Notes under the pieces: generated by a model
What the model was told of the DNA's origin: nothing
What the model saw: the letters and a program-made list of their open reading frames with translations, nothing else
Database searches by the model: none
Shown here: piece after piece, positions 57,418-64,000 of the stretch
Layout: every line of letters starts with the position of its first letter
Numbering within the stretch: the stretch's first letter is position 1
Made by a program: the position numbers and the translations under genes
Assembly (NCBI GenBank): GCA_012295275.1
Contig: CM022669.1
Coordinates: 4,898,001 to 4,962,000, forward strand
DNA length: 64,000 nt
From: Chrysomallon squamiferum
Taxonomy: Eukaryota > Animalia > Mollusca
Direction: 5' to 3'

Positions 57418-58173
57418 TTGCGCCTTATTTTAACTACATCTATCACCAGCTTTATTTTGGACATTTCCGCTGACCCAGTTGCTAATGATCGGATTAGCCG
57501 TTTGGAAAACATAAATAGAAATCGTAAAAACTTCCTTGTCGGGTAAAACTAATTTTTACCTCAGTTATTGCGGAAGACTTATCTCATTGATTGATGTCGA
57601 CGATCGGTTACACTAACAGAACGATATATAACGAAACGATTAGCAAATCAAACAGTATCGATCCAGAAAACGGTGTCCGGGCAGAAAGAGCCAATAAAAA
57701 ACCAATGTCTTTGTGCTTGGCGCTGTAACCGTAGTGTCGCTATTTTCCGTCAGTGTCTTAATCTCGTAATTTCGTTATGCCGCTTCGATAAAGGCAGGCG
57801 TTGTCGTTGTATTCGTCGATCTGGAAACTGTTAATATAATTTAACACGGTGTGTTTCTACTGTACAAGAATTGTTGCAAGATAAATATTTTTTGTTCTTT
57901 TTTTTTTTTTTTTTTTCGCTTGACTATCCGTGCATTCGTTCATTCACATAAAAATTCGAACACATACAATGATACAAATTCACATCAGTCCAAACATGTA
58001 CACGGTATGATGTAAATTTATGCGGTATTATTAAAATACACTGTTTATGTTAGTAATTAAAAAAAGGCTGCGGATTGATATAATTTACAAAGAGCGATTC
58101 TATTTTTATTAAATTAAAGAATGTATGTGTGTAGATACCAAAAACACTTAAAATACAGAATTTTTATCAAAAT

Positions 58174-58175
<2 letters not shown>

Positions 58176-58261
<86 letters not shown>
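58176..58261. repeat. (CT)n(CA)n compound microsatellite
   Basis: Direct reading. Confidence 0.97.
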
Positions 58262-58265
<4 letters not shown>

Positions 58266-58866
58266 TAATTATACAAGCTATGAAATGAAAAAGAAATACT
58301 TAATTTTGAATTTATCTACATTCATCAAGTTAAACAGTTCTAACGCGTCTAACAGACAGAACTTTAAACGAAATAGGAAATTTGCATAATGGAGAATAAG
58401 TACAGACTGGCACGAGACCAAACTTTGATGAATACGATAAATTTTCTTGTTTTCTTCAGACAAAAGATTTCCATGCGGTCAGAGATGATGCAAAGTATTG
58501 ACCTGTTTCTGTAACAGATTACGTAGAAATTACCACTCTGACGTGTTAATGTTAGTTATCTGTTTGAGATATGGATGAAGTAAAAACAAAAATAATAAAT
58601 AAATAAATAAACTGGCTCAGTTAATGCATAAAACGAACAGATTATATATAAAATTAATGATTAAATAAAATATAGTTATTTTTCTTTTCTAATTTAAATT
58701 TAAATGTGATAACTAAAATAAAAGCATCAAAGGAAGTAATGAAGAAATCAAAAACAGCTACTGTTGAAAGGAATAATGTTAAAAAAGCAATATATGTGTT
58801 TGTATGTGTAAAATGGTATTAGTTAATTATGAAACTGAAATGTCAGGTGACATCTGAAAATATCTA

Positions 58867-59195
58867 CAGGTACCGGACCAATTATCTGGACTCCTTGGGG
58901 CCAGAGGCATTCCGGATTTCTGGATTTTCCGGTTTTCTGGTACCAAGGCATCTAAATACGTGAATAATCTGGCATAAACATTTTAAAATTAAAAACATAA
59001 AGAAAATTGACGATACACAACTGTGGCGACTCGACACGTAAACAATACGGCGAGTGAATGAACGCCACGCGGCTTGAAAGACTATTTCCGGTCTGGTGAG
59101 GACAAAACCCGCGCGCGCGGACTATGAAAATAGTGTCGGAAAAAACTTCTGGTCTTTCCGGATTTCAGGACGCCGGATAACTGGTCCGGTACCTG
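58867..59195. mobile_element. 329-bp MITE, Tc1/mariner superfamily (pogo/Tigger-like), TA target-site duplication
   Basis: Left TIR CAGGTACCGGACCAATTATCTGGACTCCT versus the reverse complement of the right end CAGGTACCGGACCAGTTATCCGGCGTCCT (25/29 match, first 14 exact). TA lies on both flanks (58865-66, 59196-97), there are internal TCCGGA-type subrepeats, and there is no ORF. Confidence 0.9.
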
Positions 59196-59199
59196 TAGT

Positions 59200-59240
59200 G
59201 TACATAATCAACAACAGATGTAATAAGAAGCAACTTTATT
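59200..59240 (-). terminator. Putative cleavage/polyadenylation site of a minus-strand gene
   Basis: The minus strand reads AATAAA(59240-59235)-GTTGCTTCTTATTA-CA(59220-59219)-TCTGTTGTTGATTATGT: hexamer, CA about 15 nt later, then a GU-rich downstream element. It coincides with a drop in CpG density. Confidence 0.5.
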
Positions 59241-60831
59241 GCAGATAATCGTAACTAATAGTATATTTAGAGTTAGCTCCCCTTATTGGCGTGGTTTCCC
59301 ATCAAAGACACAACAAAAACCCCCAAAAACATGGTTAACGTATTTAATTCATATACACCTTTTGCCATTCCCCATTATTTATCACTTAAACAGAATGATA
59401 AAAATAATAATATCAACAATAATTATAATAAATAAATAAATAAATAAATAAAACAAATTTTAAATATTTATTTTTCTAAAGACTTTTCCAGTAAATGTCA
59501 GTTTCTGTGGTTAAAAAATGTTAATACAAGATATATAAATGTTTTGTTTGTTATAAAAACATTTTGAAAATTAAACATACGTCTGTTCTTCACACTGAAT
59601 GTATGCACAGTGCAAGTTTATATTTCAACAAAAGAAGACAACAAACACACAGCGTTTAAAATGATAGAATATCTTTATGTAAAATTCATCAAGTATAAGT
59701 AAAAATATCACCATCTAGAGCTAAAAACATCTGGTAAAATGTACAAAGAAGCAAAATAAAAAGTATTGAGTATCTTTAAAAAAAAAAAATTAAAAAAAAA
59801 AAGATTAAAAAAAGATATGTTTATACACAATAGCTTACATCATTTAATACAGTATTGTACAAATAAAGAAGAAAAAATAAAGTATGAAGCATAAATGCTA
59901 ACAAAAATAAACAACGGTAATAGTCACAACTTTCGCAACACAAGTTTTATCGAAGCATTACAGTAAAAATACACGTTATATTTCACACATAATTCACAAA
60001 AAATTCCATGGTTACAATTTGTGATTAATCCTTGGATTAAGATCAATGGGTGTCAAGATTAATAAAACTGAGCCGCCAAGCTCAGGGTCATCAGTTCAGT
60101 TATCTTTAGTGGAAATTTCTGCTTTCTGAGGTTAATTTGGAATTTAAATTATGAAGAGAGTATTTTTCATACATACTGTTATTGTATTTTTCTTAGTTTT
60201 TAATAAATATTAATGACTTTATAAATTATTTTAATTATTTAAACATTACAAATGTATGTTATAAATTAAAAAATTAATTTAATGTTTAATATCCAAATTA
60301 TAACAATTTAAAAAAAAAAAAAAAAAAAAAATTCTATGATGTCCCTTGTCACTAATAAATACAGTAATTTTGCAGTGGTTCGAAATATAATGTTAAAAAG
60401 AATAAAAACAAAAGTTCCATGGCCTTATAACCATATCCACAACTGATATGACTGCTAAATACACAGTAAAATGAAAATAAAATATATTTACAGATGGTTT
60501 TATTTACATGCATGTTTATCCATTTGTCTATATATAAACACAGAAAGCATAACAAAGTCTATTTAAAAAAAATAATTACACTACAAGATTTCTGAACAAG
60601 TAAAAAACCAAAACCCATTATTTTTTTTTCATTTTATTTCTAAAATGTAATTAAAATATTATTATCCAACACATCTGAAGTTTATAAATGTGGTAACTAC
60701 ATTAAAAACCAAACAAACAAGTTCAGATAGCATTTGTAAATGATTGTTAACTACATATAAAAATTACTCTAAATATATCTAAAATATTGTATACAATGAT
60801 TTAAACACTCCATGAATTAAATAATAATTGC

Positions 60832-60882
<51 letters not shown>

Positions 60883-60898
60883 CATCATCATCATCATC
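60832..60898. repeat. (AAT)n(CAT)n microsatellite
   Basis: Direct reading. Confidence 0.95.
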
Positions 60899-62097
60899 CC
60901 AACAATATGTGAAAAATTAAAAGCAATGCAAAAAAATCCAGAAATATTATTTTTTTCATATTTTTAAATAACAGAATATTTTATTTATTTAGAAGCAGTC
61001 AGAAGTCAGTTTGGTTATTTTACATTTGTGAACTCAAAAATATATATTTAATTAAGTAAATAATATGTGTTTTTAATTTTCTTCAAGTCAATTTGACTTC
61101 TTTTTAAATATTTTTTTTATATATTATAAACATATTTTATTTGAAAACCACAATAAAGAAAACAATATATTACTTTTCAATCAAAGTATAACAAGCCAGG
61201 AAATAAAAGTACACGAACCAATTGTTACCTTACATAAATACACAATAACAACAACAACAACAACAACAACAGATGCTACACTGCTTCAGTTAGTCTAAAT
61301 AGCTAACAAGAACAACCACCCCCTTGTTTTTGTCCTGGTGCTGGTTACAATTTTAGCAAACTACATTACTTGTCAAAAGAGGTAAGCAGAATAATCACCC
61401 TTGTTTCTGATCTGTTGGTAATATTTGTTTGAGAAAGCACATTATCAAACCACCCCCTGTTTCTTATGGTTACTGATACTTAGTCAGAAGCTAACACTTG
61501 GTTCTTTTATCATCACGTTTTTTTACAACTACTTTGTTGTAATTAACCAAAAGAGCTAACATCCAAATATTCAAATCTTGCAACAAGTAATTATTTCAGA
61601 TGTCCAAAAACAAGTCTACTAGTCCTATCCTGTTCTTGAACAACAACTGTATTGTGTAGTCAGTCAAAAGAACATTATAACAAGACAACCCACCCCATAT
61701 TCTGTTCTGCAGTAATCAAGCCCTCTGCATCCTGTATTTGCCTTCATAATTACAACATACAGACAAAAAACATATCATCCATTAGTAAAATGAGGAAATA
61801 ACCTTGAAACATGTTTTATCACAAACATATATTGTCAACATAAAATTGAAACTTAAATATGTAATATTTTCAATTTTTTTTTTTTTTAGTTTATAATCAT
61901 TACTTTCATTATTTATTTATTTTGCATTCTGAAATACAGCACTGGTTTTTCAACCATTAATCCACTACAGTATTAAAATGACATGTAATTTACTACCAGT
62001 CCATTTTAAATATTAATTTTTGTTTTTCTCAAAAAATAATATTGATTTTATATTGTTCTTATTTTTAAATGTAAAAATAAAATTAATTATATATTAA

Positions 62098-62128
<31 letters not shown>

Positions 62129-62133
62129 AAAGG

Positions 62134-62619
62134 ACCAAACCTGCCTCTAAAGGCCACCCAAGCTAAAGAGACTATGTAACCTATGGATGATGTTGTGGGT
62201 CACTGTGTCTGACCCTGCTCACCACCACCTGAATGTTTCAGTGTGCCACTCAGCCTGCGATACCACACCCAACATATATGTGACATAAATTACTAAAAAT
62301 AAACCATCCTCTCTAGAAAGGGCACCCAAGCAGTCTAACAAGCACTTTTCCCCCATAATGATTTTCAAAAATAAGTAAATAAATAAATAAATTATTAAAT
62401 AAATAAATAAATAAATAAGTAAATAATAATAATAACAATAATAATAATAATGATAATAATATTATTATTAATAATAATTTAAAAAAACAATAAAGAAATT
62501 ATTTTAAATGTTTTATTTTTTTTTAAAGTAGAATAACTGATCAAAATGGTCATCAAATGTTCGTTCCTCTATAAAGAGGTGGTTGTTATAACAAGATGTC
62601 CTTTTTCAGCAGGTTCAGT
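62134..62619. mobile_element. Decayed TIR element (MITE-like) with internal insertion and AT-rich expansion
   Basis: Left AACCTGCCTCTAAAGGCCACC versus the reverse complement of the right end AACCTGCTGAAAAAGGACATC (15/21). There is an internal subrepeat CTCTAGAAAGGGCACCCAAG at about 62311. Confidence 0.5.
62175..62285. mobile_element. Possible ~110-bp nested mini-element (TGTAAC...GTGACA flanked by TA)
   Basis: Imperfect inverted ends TATGTAACCTATG / CATATATGTGACATA, with a GC-richer interior than the surroundings. Confidence 0.3.
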
Positions 62620-64000
62620 GGTGTATTCTGCAATGTCATGACAAAAGGAAGCCAATCTCTTTTCAAAGATTTAGTTGTTTTTTTTTTGATGTTTTTTTTG
62701 TTACGTTAACTTGCTTATATTTGCCACTCAAGTTAACCCAGTATGGGCTTTGGATCTCACTCATGTGTAAAATGTAAACTATTTCCTTTTGCCGTGGCAA
62801 TGCAGTATTATCGCTGAGTAGCTGACTTCAGGTTTCTCATCCTGCTGCGAAAGCAGGGACAAGGGTAACACCAGTATATCAGAGGCAAAATTCACAGGAT
62901 GAGAGACTGATCTAGGTTTTTTTTAGTTTTTAACACCTGGCAAATAAGAGTATTTATGACACACATATGTCCAGCATACCACATCTTACATCACATGGTT
63001 TAATACTTCGTATATGTGTCCATAAAGTATTGGTAACAAAATTATAACTTTTCTGTTAAAGTTTTGAATTTAAGTTTACAAATGTTAATGTTTTCAGGAA
63101 CAAAAAAAAAAAAAAAAAAAAAAATTATTAAGGGTAAAAACAGTATAATGCCACTTGAAAAAATGACCAGCAGTTAGTAATAAATAAAAAAATAATTCCT
63201 ATTTCTTTTTTTAAGCATCTTATTTATTATCAAATATTAAAATTTCCACAGGGAAACACTAAATGATTACATGGTGTAACACATTTCTTATATTTTAAAT
63301 ATCAAGTAAAAATTTCACTTAAATGTATAACACATTATACAAATATTCAAAAATTCAAAATGTAATAAATATAGTTTATGTTACCTGTAACATAGAATAA
63401 TTTACATACTGGATGTATTAAAATATTGTATTAATAATAAAAATTGACAAGATTATTTTTAAAATTTTGTACATTCGTTACATAATGGTATATGGAATTG
63501 TAATTAGATAAATAGTTTTGTCAAAATGGAGTGATTTTCAAATTATAACCTTTTTTTTTTTTTTTTTTTTTACAATGACAGACACGTTAAAAACAGAAAA
63601 GACAATTTTACTAAACATGTGATGAGAATGTGATACAGTGTATTACAGTCTGCTACAGTGACACAACAGTTCCAACAGTGATAGAACAGTTCCTGCAGTT
63701 CTGGTTAAATACAATACCCTTCCTTAGTCCTTCCTACCAAAATTAAAATCCGTTGTTTTCACAGATTCAGAGTCAAATTTGGAAGAAAATAACCAGTAGA
63801 TTTTGTTTACTTTTCATTTCTTAAATGCTCAGTCTAGTGGGAGCTTTGTTTTTTTAAAATATGAAATACAGCTGAAAAAGGATTTCATAATGAAAACAGA
63901 AATTCCATTTTGAACTCAGTTTAGAGTGTATAATATATTATTTTTATTTTTACCTAAAACGTAGTGCAATTATTAATGTTATTTAAATATTTTCTTTATA

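Larger units (their letters stand above)
59219..64000 (-). other. Probable 3' UTR / terminal gene body of a gene continuing beyond the window
   Basis: CpG-depleted, U-rich on the minus strand, and bounded by the polyadenylation-like site. No coding exon is seen. Confidence 0.4.

Noticed and set aside
62810-62890. Minus-strand hammerhead ribozyme (GAAAC...GUC)
   Set aside because: The upstream core reads CUGAUAU rather than CUGANGA, and stems I and II do not form properly.
63615-63720. Box C/D snoRNA (GTGATGA at ~63619)
   Set aside because: No box D (CTGA) or terminal stem at a suitable distance.

Overview
This is AT-rich, microsatellite-dense animal DNA. A mollusc (gastropod-like) origin is an inference from decayed tRNA-derived SINE relics that resemble the Meta/MESC-core family as I recall it. 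I found no credible protein-coding exon: every listed ORF is a translation of simple or tandem repeats, or a short chance ORF. There are three domains. (1) About 0.7-12.7 kb is a degenerate, C-poor 28-bp satellite with irregular higher-order repeats. (2) About 12.8-59.2 kb appears gene-free and retains CpG; 0.3-0.6 kb complex blocks alternate with unrelated low-complexity spacers at a quasi-period of roughly 0.8-1 kb. It holds several promoter/enhancer-like motif clusters, small minisatellites, SINE relics and one intact TA-flanked MITE. (3) About 59.2-64 kb is CpG-depleted and A-rich, and begins at a canonical minus-strand polyadenylation site, so it is probably the 3' end of a gene lying to the right. 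It contains nested MITE relics and an unexplained hairpin-rich element. All counts and alignments were done by eye and are approximate.
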